From positions 18,104,001 to 18,168,000 of the forward strand of contig OX597824.1 in the NCBI GenBank assembly GCA_951406725.2: a stretch of DNA of 64,000 nucleotides. The letters run 5' to 3'. Position 1 is the first letter of the stretch, and every line of letters begins with the position of its first letter. The stretch is from Octopus vulgaris. Its lineage: Eukaryota. Of the stretch, positions 1 to 12,810 are shown one piece after another. The notes beneath the pieces were generated by a model, which was not told the DNA's origin, ran no database searches, and was given only the letters and a program-made list of their open reading frames with translations. Made by a program: the position numbers and the translations under genes.

Positions 1-948
1 GGGTGAAATTAATTAATTTGGAATAATTATCAATTACACCAAGTAGTCTTCGGCATGTAAAAGCCTCATTCGAGGAAAATTTAAGTAATACTAAGCAATA
101 AAGGGTTTAGCAACGAATTGCCTTACCACAGACCGAATTTAGAAATAGCAGTCAAAGAGTTATAGCTATTTCTTCTACTAAAAAGGGAGATCTCAGTAAA
201 AAACACAGCAATTGGAAGGCAGACACAAACAGGTAAGAGAGAATGAATTGACGGCAATCTATCATACAATTTTAAGTTATCTACGGACGCACGTTTCGAA
301 AATTGATAATTATTCCAAATTAATTAATTTCACCCTTCATTATTACGGATAACCATATTTTATCTCAGTAGATGACCATAGCATCTTGTTTTGGCTACAC
401 GCGGGTGGGAAGGGGCTGGTGACACAATCCTTTCATTCACACTTTGAGTTTGGTGATACTATTTGCGGATTCTAGCTCGCTCTGATACTGAGTTGAGTTG
501 GTGCCTTCTAGTATCTCAAAATTCAATATATAATCATTTATGATTATAGTATTCTACGCTGAAGAGAAAAGAAGTTTGGGAAACGTAGAATTATTTAATA
601 TTTAATTCTTATGCTTTCCTAAAAACTTGATTTCGAAACGTGCGTCCGTAGATAACTTAAAATTGTATGATAGATTGCCGTCAATTCATTCTCTCTTACC
701 TGTTTGTGTCTGCCTTCCAATTGCTGTGTTTTTTACTGAGATCTCCTTTTTAGTAGAAGAAATAGCTATAACTCTTTGACTGCTATTTCTAAATTCGGTC
801 TGTGGTAAGGCAATTCGTTGCTAAACCCTTTATTGCTTAGTATTACTTAAATTTTCCTCGAATGAGGCTTTTACATGCCGAAGACTACTTGGTGTAATTG
901 ATAATTATTCCAAATTAATTAATTTCACCCTTCATTATTACGGATAAC
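1..948 (+). mobile_element. Non-coding hammerhead-bearing retroelement (PLE pseudo-LTR derivative or retrozyme-like): 595-nt unit with 53-nt terminal redundancy, preceded by an inverted partial copy; left end outside the window
   Basis: 1-301 is the reverse complement of 631-930 (one 1-nt indel seen). 301-353 is identical to 896-948. The element ends directly in (TA)n at 949. No ORF. HHR at 553-652. Confidence 0.8.
553..652 (+). ncRNA. Type I hammerhead ribozyme, long stem II, short stem III
   Basis: Stem I tctacg(553-558)/cgtaga(647-652); core CTGAAGA(559-565); stem II gaaa...tttc(566-634) with internal complementarity; GAAA(635-638); stem III Acg-tg-cgT; GUC triplet with predicted cleavage after C646. 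Confidence 0.85.
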
Positions 949-1069
949 TATATATATATATATATATATATATACTTTCTTCGGTTAATACTTTGCCAGA
1001 GACGTCATGGATAATAGGGAATAATAGGTCGTCTTGTAGTGTGACAATGCTGATATTTGCCATAGCTGA

Positions 1070-1457
1070 ATATTCTTTCCTACTCTAGGCACAAGGACCG
1101 AAACATTTAGGGAAATGGCCAATCGATTAGATCGACCGCAGGACGCAACTGGTACTTAATTTATCGACCCCGAAAGGACGAAAGTTAAAGTCGACCTCGG
1201 TGGCATTTTAATTCAGAACGTAAAGACACAAAATACCCGTTTCTTTATTACCCACAAGGGACTAAACATAGAGGGGACAAACAAGGACAGACAAACGGAT
1301 TAAGTCGATTATATCGACCCCAGTGCGTAAATGGTACTTAATTTATTGACCTCGAAAGGATGAAAGGCGGAATTTGAACTCACAACGTAACGGCAGACGA
1401 AATACCACTAAGCATTTCACCCCGGCGTGCTAACGTTTCTGCCAGCTCATCGCCTTG
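1070..1457 (-). mobile_element. SINE family B (tRNA-like head, central domain resembling the MetaSINE core), tandem partial plus full copy
   Basis: Reverse complement of the recurring unit ggcggcgagctggcagaaacgttagc...gagttcaaattccgccgaggtcgactttgcctttcatcctttcggggtcgataaattaagtaccag...gtgggtaataaagaaa. The Meta-domain assignment is from memory. Confidence 0.8.
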
Positions 1458-1904
1458 CCACAGCCAAATATTGCATTGTCTTTACTAAACGATTTGTGGT
1501 TTAATAACAGAAGTGTATGTTTTCCTTTATCACCGGTACTATATTTCTAGGTATGCTTCCTCTTTCTCGCAGATGCTGTTATTGTTTTTTTATTCCCTTT
1601 TCATTCAAAATGGAGTCCATCCAGTCATTCTCAATTAATTAATGCAGGCTGAATTTTATACCATGTGAAAGAAGAGAAATAAATGAGTGGTAGACGTAGC
1701 ACTTGTTGGGAGACAATTCATACACACACATAGACACAGACACGCACACTCACTCATATATTGTTTTTATTTTGTTAAACAAAAATCATGCATACAGTTG
1801 CTAAAAAGCACATTTGATAGATCTTCGTTGAGTCTCATATATTTTTATCAATTGTAACTGAAATAGGACTGACTGTCACTCGTGCTTAATGTGAGCTGTA
1901 CTTA

Positions 1905-2430
1905 GTCTAAGCAATGCAATGTTCTGTAAATACAGCTGCTGTGTACAGTCAACTTCAATATGTTTTGCAAACAATTTGCACTTGCAAGTGCTACCAGTCG
2001 AGAACTCGGCATACCGGAAGCCAGCAAGTGTATGGGGTCATCAGGAGAGAATGCACGCCGTTTCGGGGCCTGCCCCTCGACGGCATCAATGCGCACCCTC
2101 ACTGATATGAGGCCCCACTTGCTATCAAATGTTTATCAAATAAAATTCAATATTCTTCTAGCCATCGCTCATCGTCTCTTTTTAACCAAATCCAGTGGCT
2201 AGTCTTCTCCACTGTAGTTTGGAATATCGTTCATGTTGGTATTTACTTTGCGATGAGTTAGGCCTAGCAATACCAACAGTCGTCTCACACCGTGTCCAAG
2301 AAACCCTCTACATCCGACTTCGATTGGAAAATATTCCGCCTTCCAGCCTGCGTCTTCACATTCCTCGAGGAGGTTTACATAACGGTCAGTCTTTCGAGAC
2401 CGAGCGGCGTCCATGTTATTTTAAATCCTG
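1905..2430 (-). pseudogene. 3' fragment of an RLE-type non-LTR retrotransposon (Hero/NeSL-like), end of the restriction-like endonuclease domain plus 3'UTR
   Basis: ORF 2199-2414(-) reads RKTDRYVNLLEECEDAGWKAEYFPIEVGCRGF. After a frameshift it continues EKTSHWIWLKR...EEY* (stop at about 2147). This matches the RKxxKY...GW...PxEVGxRGF...WxWLKR C-terminus of RLE LINEs. Confidence 0.7.
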
Positions 2431-2734
2431 ATGTGCAATCCAGCTTTACTTACATATCAGGAATACCCAAACACCCATGTATTTCTCATCACCCTCCCGA
2501 TTATGCCACTCTCTGGTCCCGAACGAATCCTTTTGTCTGCCCTATGCTCAATCATTTGTCTCTGGGTATTATCGTTTAGCATAGTTATCTGTTATGTATG
2601 TCCATATCCATTCAAGCTAAATATGTATTGCAGCAACCTCATTAGCATCTCTGATAATCTGCGAAATTCAGAGTTTGCGACTAGTACTTTATACTCAACA
2701 TATAAACAGCATTTCTTTTCACTTCCAAGAATAT

Positions 2735-2905
2735 CTATTTCTTTATTACCCACAAGGGGCTAAACATAGAGTGGACAAACAAGGACAGACATAGGTATAA
2801 AGTCGATTACATCGACCCCAGTGCGTAAATGGTGCTTATTTAATCGACCCCGAAAGGATGAAAGGCAAAGTGGACCTCGGCGGAATTTGAACTCACAACG
2901 TAACG
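2735..2905 (-). mobile_element. SINE family B, partial
   Basis: Same sequence as the other family B copies. Confidence 0.75.
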
Positions 2906-3250
2906 TTATCTCCCACATAGTAACATTTCATGACGCAAACGATGACCACTGAATCATAGCAGCAAATATTCATATTCAAAGATTAGAATATTTTTTGTGA
3001 GGTTTAAAAGGTATAATACCCATTAATTTGCTTCTTTCCTAGAGTCCTTAACTTCTGATAAAAATGAAGACCACCGTTTTACTCTACGGCATGTCTTGGG
3101 TATTTTTACTCTAGTGGAGCCACTCTTGCCGACTGTTAAACACAGCCGTATTCTCTTCCTATGCAAGATGTATGAACGTTCTCGTGTTTCTTTGATAATC
3201 TCTGTGTGAAGCGATGAATTAAATACACGCACGCAATCATAGTTAGATGT

Positions 3251-3637
3251 GGAGGCGCAATGGCCCAGTGGTTAGGGCAGCGGACTCGCGGTCGTAGGAT
3301 CGCGGTTTCGATTCCCAGACCGGGCGTTGTGAGTGTTTATTAAGCGAAAACACCTAAAGCTCCACGAGGCTCCGGCAGGGATGGTGGTGATCCCTGCTGT
3401 ACTCTTTCACCACAACTTTCTCTCACTCTTACTTCCTGTTTCTGTTGTACCTGTATTTCAAGGGGCCGGCCTTGTCACTCTCTGTGTCACGCTGAATATC
3501 CCCGAGAACTACGTTATGGGTACACGTGTGTGTGGAGTGCTCAGCCACTTACACGTTAATTTCACGAGCAGGCTGTTCCGTTGATCGGATCAACTGGAAC
3601 CCTCGTCGTCGTAACCGACGGAGTGCTTCCATATATC
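3251..3637 (+). mobile_element. SINE family C (tRNA-derived, possibly octopus OR1-like), full length with target-site duplication (TSD)
   Basis: A-box tggcccagtgg, B-box ggtttcgattcc; 13-bp TSD catagttagatgt at 3238-3250 and 3638-3650; near-identical copy at 51020-51409(-). Confidence 0.88.
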
Positions 3638-4070
3638 CATAGTTAGATGTATACATATTATGAATTTGTTAAGTTTGTAAAATTATTCTTTTATTTGTAA
3701 ATTGATGTTAATGAGCAAGTTTTGAGAGTGTACAGACTCTCGAAATATATTTGGTTGATTGATTTCTGTGTGACTACGAGGGCAGCTTCATGGAATTGAA
3801 TTGTTTAAAGGAAAGAGCAATGCAATCCTACTGAATTTGCTGTGTGATGAGTGTTATCTCAATGTTGATAGTTTAGAATGTGAACTGTATTTAAGGTGTC
3901 ACCTCTTGCGTTAGCTTGATTGTTTTAGTAACAGGATGCGTATTGAAAAATTCTTTGATATCAGAGTGATGTGGAATAGATGTGTAATGTGGCAATATAA
4001 ATATGGTCGTTAATAGAATATATAAATATCTGTGTGTGTGTGTGATGTATTTATATATGATATGAATATA

Positions 4071-4362
4071 TTTTTATATATAAAAGTGAAGTTGTGTGAG
4101 TGTCTGTCTCCTACGATTTAGATTCCTAACTACTCCCACATTTTGCGGTGCAGTTTAACCAAAACCGGGTGTCTTATAGTCGTGATTCATATCGAGCCCT
4201 TCTGGGTATTAGCGTTCGTCTACGATTTAAAAAAAAATTTACCATCATTTTTTCCCATTTTCAATGAATTTTTTTGCTATTATATAAGGGAAGTAACTCT
4301 CTAAAAATGCTTATATAGTTATTTCCCTTACAAACCCGAGCAACGCCGGGCGATACTGCTAG
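4071..4362 (+). mobile_element. Non-autonomous Helitron
   Basis: 3' hairpin cccgagcaacgccggg followed by CTAG|T; 5' T(T)tttatatataaaa after A; homologous to 19942-20328. Confidence 0.8.
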
Positions 4363-4863
4363 TATATTATATATCATTAAATCCAGCTTAACATAGTTGT
4401 CTTGTGGCAATTCGGAATACTGTGTTATTAGACTTGAGAGATTCTCTCATAGAGGTGCTTGGTGCTGAGATGCACGGACATAGATCGTAGCAAACTGGCA
4501 TCTCCTGTCATGAGGGCCGGAACATCCATATCGCCTTTAATTCAATCTATTCCAATGATACGATCTGTGTATTTGCTTTTATGCGTCACGCTTATATGAG
4601 AGGACTTCTGAATAGTGCAGTATTCGATATTCTAAGAAGACATTCGTTTGCTAATTCAGATTAACTTTTCGCATTAATAATGCTTCCGTCGTTAAAGATT
4701 AGTATTTGAGATTGGTTGGAATGTAACGAAGTAAGTTGTCTTTTATACGTTGCTATCATTGCGTCTTTCGTGTCGTGGAGCATCCTGATGAGGGGAGAGT
4801 CTGTTTCATTAAAATATGAAATTTATGTCATATTATCTGACACGTCTACCAGAGGTAGAGTAA

Positions 4864-5048
4864 TATGCTTTATTTAAAAGCAGCAGAAATATGAAGAAAA
4901 AAGAAAAGCTGTTACTCAGAGTTTCACGTTCCCATTCGTCGGAGAGTTTTGTCGGACATCCATGTTAACAAAACTGTCTGTCGAACGGGAACATGAAACT
5001 CTGAGTAACATCTTTTGTTATATTTCTGCTGCTTTTAGATAAAGTATA
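4864..5048. mobile_element. Short foldback element with an HHR-like motif on each arm (inverted PLE pseudo-LTR remnant), abutting (TA)n
   Basis: Arms about 4864-4952 and 4968-5048 are imperfect reverse complements. Plus arm 4974-5011: ctgt-CTGTCGA-acg ggaa cat-GAAA-ctc t gag-TA-acat. Minus arm 4909-4946: ctct-CCGACGA-atg ggaa cgt-GAAA-ctc t gag-TA-acag. Confidence 0.7.
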
Positions 5049-6278
5049 TATATATATACACACACACATATATATATATATTCATTTTTCGATCAAATAT
5101 TATAAATATATATTATATATATCATGTGTGTGTGTGTGTGTGTGTGTGCGTGTGTGTGAAAACGTTTTATTATATAAATGGTTTCCTTGATACCAGTTTA
5201 GCTTTCAGTGTCTGCATTTCTAGCGTGGTGCTGGGCAATATTATTGTTTGATGGACATTTGTGGCATTTGCGTATTACAATCGTAAATTTAGGCATTCTA
5301 CGCCTCAGGAATGACTTAACCAAATATGCTCATGGGTGGACATATAGTTTAAAATCAAGTTGATCATGGTTAAGCATACATATCCTCAAATGCGTTGCAG
5401 CTATGGCAATCGTGTTATTTTATATAACCAGCCTACATTGATCTATGCGGCCTTCATGGTATTTTTTTCCTATTTTTTCTTATTTTCCGGGGTTTTTTTT
5501 TTTCCCAAGACTTCGATGTTTGCGAGAGATGCCTAGTATATCGAGCAGCAAATGTACAGGCTACAGCTTTGACGTGTTCTATGATGCGTTCTCGAAGCAG
5601 TTTCCTGCATATCGCCATGTTAATGTCGAGATTAATGGTAATTTTTTTTTCTGTTCCGAAAAGAGAGTTTTAAAGGCTATTAGTCGTTATATCGCAGTAT
5701 ATAGTTTCAAGTGTTTGACTTACGTTTACGGCGTTTACTTTTGTATGTGAAATGTCGGGATTTAAGTGTGTTGTTCATATTCTCTGCGGAGCTGTGACGT
5801 TGAAAGCAGAGATAATGGCGGTATTTCCGGTGTCTATTGTTGTTGTTTTTCATTGTTATTAATTGTAAAGAGTGGTGGATTCATATCAAGTTTGTTTAAA
5901 TGGTGTATGTTTGTTCTTGGGTGAGAGCTGGGCTGCAAAACACTTCAGTTTTACAGATTTTCAAGTTTATTTCCACGTCCTTCTTTCAGATAATGTACAG
6001 ACTTAGCAAACATTTTTTTTCCTTCTAAATTCTCGTAGAGAAATTTCTAATCTTTTATCTCATACACGTTTCAGTCATTGGACTGCGACTATACTGGGGC
6101 ATCGCTTCGAGGGTTTTGTTTGAACAAATCGATACCAGAATTTATGTTTTTCGAACAGTTAAGTTATAGGAACGAAAATAAACACCACTGGTCATTCGGT
6201 GGATGGCACAATACAAATTCAGAAGACATATTTACGATAGGCCTCTTAATTTTTCCCTTTTCCCAAATATATTCATAA

Positions 6279-6643
6279 GGTCCGTGGTCGGCTAGTGGTC
6301 GGCTAGTGGTCGGCCAGTAGTCGTCCCGTGAATCCCGTGGTGCACAAGGTCGGTCCGTGGCCGACTCGAGGTTGGCCCGTGCATCCCGTGGTGCTCCAGA
6401 GTTAGACTGGTCCAACACTACCTCGTTGCAATTTAGGTTTCTAGCCATTATTTCCTACACGTTTCAATCATTGGAGTGCGACCATACTGGGGCATCGCTT
6501 CGTGGTCGGCCCGTGAATCCTGTAGTGCACAAGGTCGGCCCGGGTCGACCCATGGTCGGCCCGTTGTCGGCCCGTGAATCCCGTGGTGTTCCAGAGTTAG
6601 ACTGGCCCAAAACTACCTCGTTGCAGTTTAAGGTTTCTAGCCA
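6279..6643 (+). repeat. About 190-bp tandem duplication containing a GC-rich ~11-bp minisatellite (ggtcggcccgt) and a SINE family A tail fragment
   Basis: ccagagttagactgg...ctacctcgttgca...ggtttctagcca occurs at about 6396-6447 and 6591-6643; repeated ggtcggc units. Confidence 0.7.
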
Positions 6644-7449
6644 GAATCATCTCGTTTTCCATTCTCTTACATCCAAGTCTATCTATGTTCGTTACTCAAC
6701 TGAGAAATCCAGAGGGAAATTCATATGAAAATTTAAAGGGTATTTCAATGGTATTCGTAGCAGGTCAGTTCTCGTCACAGTTGACATCAATTACACAAAG
6801 AGAATCACGGATACTGGTTTCGACAGAATCATAGACACGTTCTTTGTCCCCTGTTACACACACACACACACACATATTTAACACACACACACATACACAC
6901 ACATATGTATATTTCGTGTGTTTATTTTTCGGGTTTGTAATGGTTGTGGTAATCGTCACAATATTTGTACTGTTCTATTGATGAAAACTGGTGTCGTTTC
7001 TTTTTTTACTCTCCCCAACCTCTGCTTACCAATTCCTCCCTTCTTACTTCTTCCAAACTTTATATTCATCCCCGTTCTTCAACTTCTCCGCCTTGTATAG
7101 GAGCAAGTCGTGTACCGCCATTATTAGCACTTCCTCCCAACCTCACCACTCTAATCACACTAATGGAAATTTATTCTACTTTTGATGTCATAAATAAACA
7201 ACAATCGCTAAATAACGACCGTCTCAGCCCATATAAATTAGAATTATATTTAACAATTAAACACTGCTTTTTCTGCTCTCATAAAATAACAATAAATGAA
7301 AACGAATAATAGAAACAATAAAATGTACACAATAAAATCACGAAAAGCAGAAATAACTTGTAGAAACAAACAGTTATGAAAAAGCAAACTGAAGAAGCAA
7401 AAACAATCTAACAAACACGATGGGAATATATAACGATGATGATTAGATC

Positions 7450-7800
7450 GTGGCACTCCGTCGGTTACGACGACGAGGGTGACAGTTGATCCGATCAACG
7501 GAACAGCCTAATCGTGAAATTAACGTGCAAGTGGCTGAGCACTCCACAGACATGTTTACCCTTAACGTAGTTCTCGAAGAGATTCAGCGTGACACAAGAG
7601 TGTTCAAGCATGGACCCTTGAAATACAGGTACGGCAGAAACAGGTAGAAAGAGTGGGAGAACGTTGTAGAAGAGTGGGAGAAGCAGGGTTCGTCACCACC
7701 CCACTCCCCACCCTGCTGGAGCCTCGTGGAGCTCTAGGTGTTTTCGTTCAATAAACACTCACAACGCCCGATCTGGGAATCGAAACCGCAATCCTATGAT
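7450..7800 (-). mobile_element. SINE family C, diverged copy
   Basis: Reverse-complement homology to 3251-3637. Confidence 0.8.
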
Positions 7801-7804
7801 ATAT

Positions 7805-8305
7805 TCTTCTACTTGTTTCAGTCATTTGACTGCAGCAATTCCTGAGCACCGCCTTTAGTCGAACAAATCGACACCAAGTCTTATACTTTGTAAGCCTAGA
7901 CCTTATACTATCGGTATCTTTTTCCGAACCGCTAAGTTACGGGAGGTCAACACACCAACATCGGTTGTCAAGCGATGGTTGGGGACAACCCCAGACACAC
8001 ATATACACAATTACACGCACATACGCAAATACACATATACATAGAGATATACGACGGGCTTCTTTCAGTTTCTGTCTACCAAATCCACTCACAAAGCCTT
8101 GGTCGGTAGAAGACACATGCGGAACGTGCCACGCAGTGGGACTGAACCCTGAACCATGTAGTTGGGAAGCATATGCATATTCTTTTATTCCGTATTCTTT
8201 CACTTGTTTCAGTCGTTTGAATGTTGAAGCACCACCTTAAAGGGTTTTTAGTCGAAGAAATCGAAACCATGACTTATTCTTTGTAAGCCTAGTACTCACT
8301 CTAGA
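7805..8305 (-). mobile_element. SINE family A (tRNA head, CORE-like segment, internal microsatellite), diverged copy plus tail fragment
   Basis: Homology to 37217-37665 and 24990-25425. Confidence 0.75.
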
Positions 8306-9089
8306 CTTAGAATATAGACTGAACCTACAAAGAATTTCTAAAATATATTTTAAGGACTCTAAAGAAAATTTTGAATGCTATGTCACCTATCTACTACTTA
8401 ACAAAGACTTTCTTTCACCTGAGGGCGTAGCTTAATTTCTATAAATTCTTCTAAACATGTCCCGCGAAAGACAATTTCGGAGTTTTTATTTTTCCTGATA
8501 ATATCGGTTAAACTTGATGCCACCCTTATTTTGTTGCTTCTCCATTTACCCATTTTGCTATTCTTCAGTATGTATACACCTCCCCTGCCACACATACATA
8601 CACACACACAAGTGGTTCTCAACATATTTGGATGGAATTACATGTATTATTTAATAACCAACCGACTCAGCTCCTGGCAGCTTCAATTTTTGGAGCCTCG
8701 TATTACGAATCTAGATGTCATCTAAATGTTAGGTGCCTGTTGGCCAATTCAGACCCCGTGGTGTTATTCAGTTTTGAAGTGACGTCTGTTTTGATATTTT
8801 CTGCTCAGTCACGTGGTAGAAGACTATTTTGGCGGTCAGCTGTCATTGCTATGCCTGGCTCTTCCGTGTTGTTATTGAGCGACATCAGTTCGTTGTATTT
8901 ACATGTAAACATGTCCGAGCTGGGCATTGTCGAGGGTTAGCAGAGTACCAATCCAATATCGGTGTGAGTAACCAGATTTGGTGGTGCCCGATTAGAATTA
9001 GGTGGTGCTAGGATGGACAGTCAGCGTGGAGAGGACTGTAGTCTATAGAGACGAGAGGGATTAAGTGATGTGCTCCAGAGTGGAGGAAA

Positions 9090-9231
9090 GCCTAAAATGG
9101 TATATCCGGTTTGTCAGGTGCCATTCGTTTGCAGTTCACTAATATGACATAACTCTGATGGAAGCAAAGCAATAAGATAGTTCATTCTTCCGGTTGATGG
9201 GTACCGCAGCGTTTTGGGATTATGCACGCCC

Positions 9232-9235
<4 letters not shown>
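9090..9235 (+). pseudogene. Possible highly degenerate PLE GIY-YIG 3' end
   Basis: Faint frameshifted similarity to YIG...RFAxH..DI and FRLxGT...GIN.R; lies just upstream of (TA)n and an HHR element. Confidence 0.3.
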
Positions 9236-9298
<63 letters not shown>

Positions 9299-9317
9299 TT
9301 TATATATATATATATAT

Positions 9318-9531
9318 CAGATCGCCATGTTGAATCGCTAGCTTCTGCACGCATTTTTTTCTCTCCTTGTTTCTCTCCGTGTTTCTTTTCTATGTATCTC
9401 TCTGTTGAAGAGCGTAGGCTCGAAACGTAAAAGACTTGTTTTATTAATATTCCTGAGCGCCATACTAATACAATTGTTTGTTTGTACTCCACCTGCCTTC
9501 GTCTTTTGTTTATTTTCATAAAGCTTCCCGT
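9318..9531 (+). mobile_element. About 200-bp minimal-hammerhead element (Neptune-type pseudo-LTR derivative) inserted in (TA)n
   Basis: Flanked by (TA)n on both sides. HHR 9397-9434: tctct-CTGTTGA-a-gagc gtag gctc-GAAA-cg-TA-aaaga. Homologs at 36607-36805(-), 38049-38227(+) and 43400-43700(-). Confidence 0.75.
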
Positions 9532-9540
9532 TATATATAT

Positions 9541-9641
<101 letters not shown>

Positions 9642-10169
9642 ACAATATTTAGCAAAAGTAACAGAGTGACTCAAGGTCCATGTAAATGGGGAAAGATAAA
9701 AATGAGTGCTCAACACTGCATTGTTGGATATAATTTCTTTGTTTGTGAATTAAGTCCACCATTGGTTTCCCAGTGTCTTAAGTTTTGAAGCCGAACACAT
9801 GAAGGAAAGGTGTTTGCCTCCAATGTTGGGTCACCATCTTGAATAGTTAATCTATCGAATCATCCGTCATACGTGTCATATTTGAATCTGTAACTTTCGG
9901 TTACATTAAGCAAACGAATTTCAGTAGTCAAGCAGTGGCAGATAAATGAGTACACGCACTGAAACACACATTGAAAGACACACAGACAAACACATGCACA
10001 CATCCGAGAAGATTCCATACAGTTTCCATCTTCTGAATGGATTCAAAATGCAGCCGTCACCCCGGGGTTATGGTAGAAGTCACCCAAGGATCTGCTGAGT
10101 GGAATTAAACACCAATGCTCAAACTTCCGAAGTAAACTTCTTAACCACAGAAATATGTCTTAGATACAT

Positions 10170-10254
<85 letters not shown>

Positions 10255-10268
10255 TGCGTTTGTGTGTA

Positions 10269-10763
10269 GCGCAAATCCTTGAGTATTGTCCGCAGGGGAT
10301 TTTTAGAGGCCTGTACCTCTGAAAAGCCTAAACCTTGTGTATAATATGCACCCTTTCTCTAACTTGAGTCAAGGAGGTCTATACAACATCCTTCGTTTGT
10401 AAGAATGTATACGGTAATGTCCTTTATTATTATTGTGTATATAACATAAAGCAAACGTGTAGTTTTTTGTGCATTTTATTTGCAGAAAAAAAAGAAATAA
10501 ACAGTAATAACGTTTAATAAATTTTGCTAACTGCAAGTTATGGATGATTCTTCTATGACTTCAATGCTTTCAGGCTTAGCTTAAGGTATTTTAGCGGCCG
10601 GCATCACAAAATGCGTCTGAATAAACATTGCCGGACAGCAAATAGAGTCTCGGACATTGCTTAGAAAATAATTTTCTTTTTTAACCTCGTATATAGTACG
10701 CACCAGGGATTTTGACCATTAAATTTTGGGAAAAAAATGCGGATTATACTCGAGAATTTACGG
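10269..10763. mobile_element. MITE with about 26-bp terminal inverted repeats (TIRs) and TA flanks (Tc1/mariner-pogo type)
   Basis: Left ta|gcgcaaatccttgagtattgtccgca versus reverse complement of right tgcggattatactcgagaatttacgg|ta. Confidence 0.7.
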
Positions 10764-11300
10764 TATATGTGTTTGCTTGAGTGTATACACCTATATACGT
10801 AAGGTGTAAATTATTCAATGCATGTAATAAACTATATTTATTTGTTCCGAAGTGATAAGTTCATTACTCGATTCTGCAAATTTCCTATTTCTATCCCATT
10901 TCTTCGGCAATGTTCCATGGGTAACGTGATTGAAACTTAAAAACACAAAGAATTGATGGAGTGAGACTGCACATTTGAATAAACACTTGCACGCATGCGC
11001 GCCCACAAACTCACGCACACAGACATACACTCGTACATACACAGTCATGTATGGAATAAGAATATGTGTAGGTGATGTACATTCGATCAGAGGAACATTT
11101 AGACAATTCAGTTGTAAGTGGGTGTTACGGAAACAGTTGAATGAACGATACAAAAATAGATTACAAATACAAAAAAGAAATAATTAAAAAACAAAACAGA
11201 ATAATGAGAAAGAAAGCGAAGGCTGGAGGATTTCAAGAAACCTAAGTACTGAGTGGAACCTGGCAAAAATAGGAGTTAAAGGAAACAGAAACCATGGAGC

Positions 11301-11507
<207 letters not shown>

Positions 11508-11578
11508 GACCGTAAAGTGATGAAAAGTAGAAAATAGCTGAAATAACGTGGAGGATTTTAGATAATAATAAACTAGAT

Positions 11579-11610
<32 letters not shown>

Positions 11611-11639
11611 AAATATATATACATATATATATATATATA

Positions 11640-11718
<79 letters not shown>

Positions 11719-12260
11719 ATATATATATATAAGTGTGTATGTATATATAAGACAAATGCAATCAAAGAAAAAATAAACCGAAACTAAGAAAGGACAAGAA
11801 TACAATTTGAGAGGAATAGAGGTGGTGAGAAGATGCAGAATATGATTTGACATTAGCAAAACAGAAAACTATAAAGGATGATAGAATATGGATGGAGAGG
11901 AAAAAAAAAAAAAAGAGAATCAGGGGAAAGATGTAAAGAATTTTTTTAAAGAAAAAAATGGTAAAAGTATCTGGAGAAAACGGATTCGGTGTCTTTCTTT
12001 TTCTGCTTATAGCATTTTCCTTTATTCTCTTTATCCAGTTTTTACTCCCCTTTCCGCCGCATCTGTTCCCCTTTCTCTCCATTTTCTCTCTCTATATATG
12101 GTCCTTCCTCTTCCTCTTCAGCCCTCGCGCTCTCCTCTAACTTCTTTCTTTCTATCTTGCTCATTAACTCAAATTCTCTCCCTCGTTTCTCTCTTTTTCT
12201 CTAATTCTGTTTCTCTGTCACTCTCTCTCCCTTTCTCTGTGTGTGTGTGTCTCTTTCTTC

Positions 12261-12304
<44 letters not shown>

Positions 12305-12583
12305 CAATGTCTGGTTGGATGCCCAACTAAATCTGACGATTCATTCACAGTACATCAATCATTGAATTCTAATGCCACGAAGAAAAAATAAATAAATAAA
12401 TAAATAAATAAAATAAATACATAAATAAAATTAAAATGAAAATACAAAAAAGTAAAGAATTATATACATGAAATATTAAAAAAAAGACATTAAAAAATAA
12501 ATAAACAGTAATATGAAGAAAAAAATGTTAACTCCCAGGAAATTTAATGTTATCAAAGATTAAAGCGGTAAAAAGTATGTACG

Positions 12584-12608
12584 AATAATAATAATAATAA
12601 TAATAATG

Positions 12609-12684
<76 letters not shown>

Positions 12685-12719
12685 TAATAATAATGATAAT
12701 AATAATGATAATAATAATG

Positions 12720-12809
<90 letters not shown>

Positions 12810-12810
12810 G
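12584..12810. repeat. (TAA)n microsatellite
   Basis: Direct reading. Confidence 0.95.

Noticed and set aside
3251-3325. tRNA genes at SINE heads (also 37217, 51720, 62431)
   Set aside because: A and B boxes are present, but they run into SINE bodies, most with TSDs, and lack a clean cloverleaf
4784-4830. CTGATGA motif
   Set aside because: No pairable stem II/GAAA/stem I arrangement downstream
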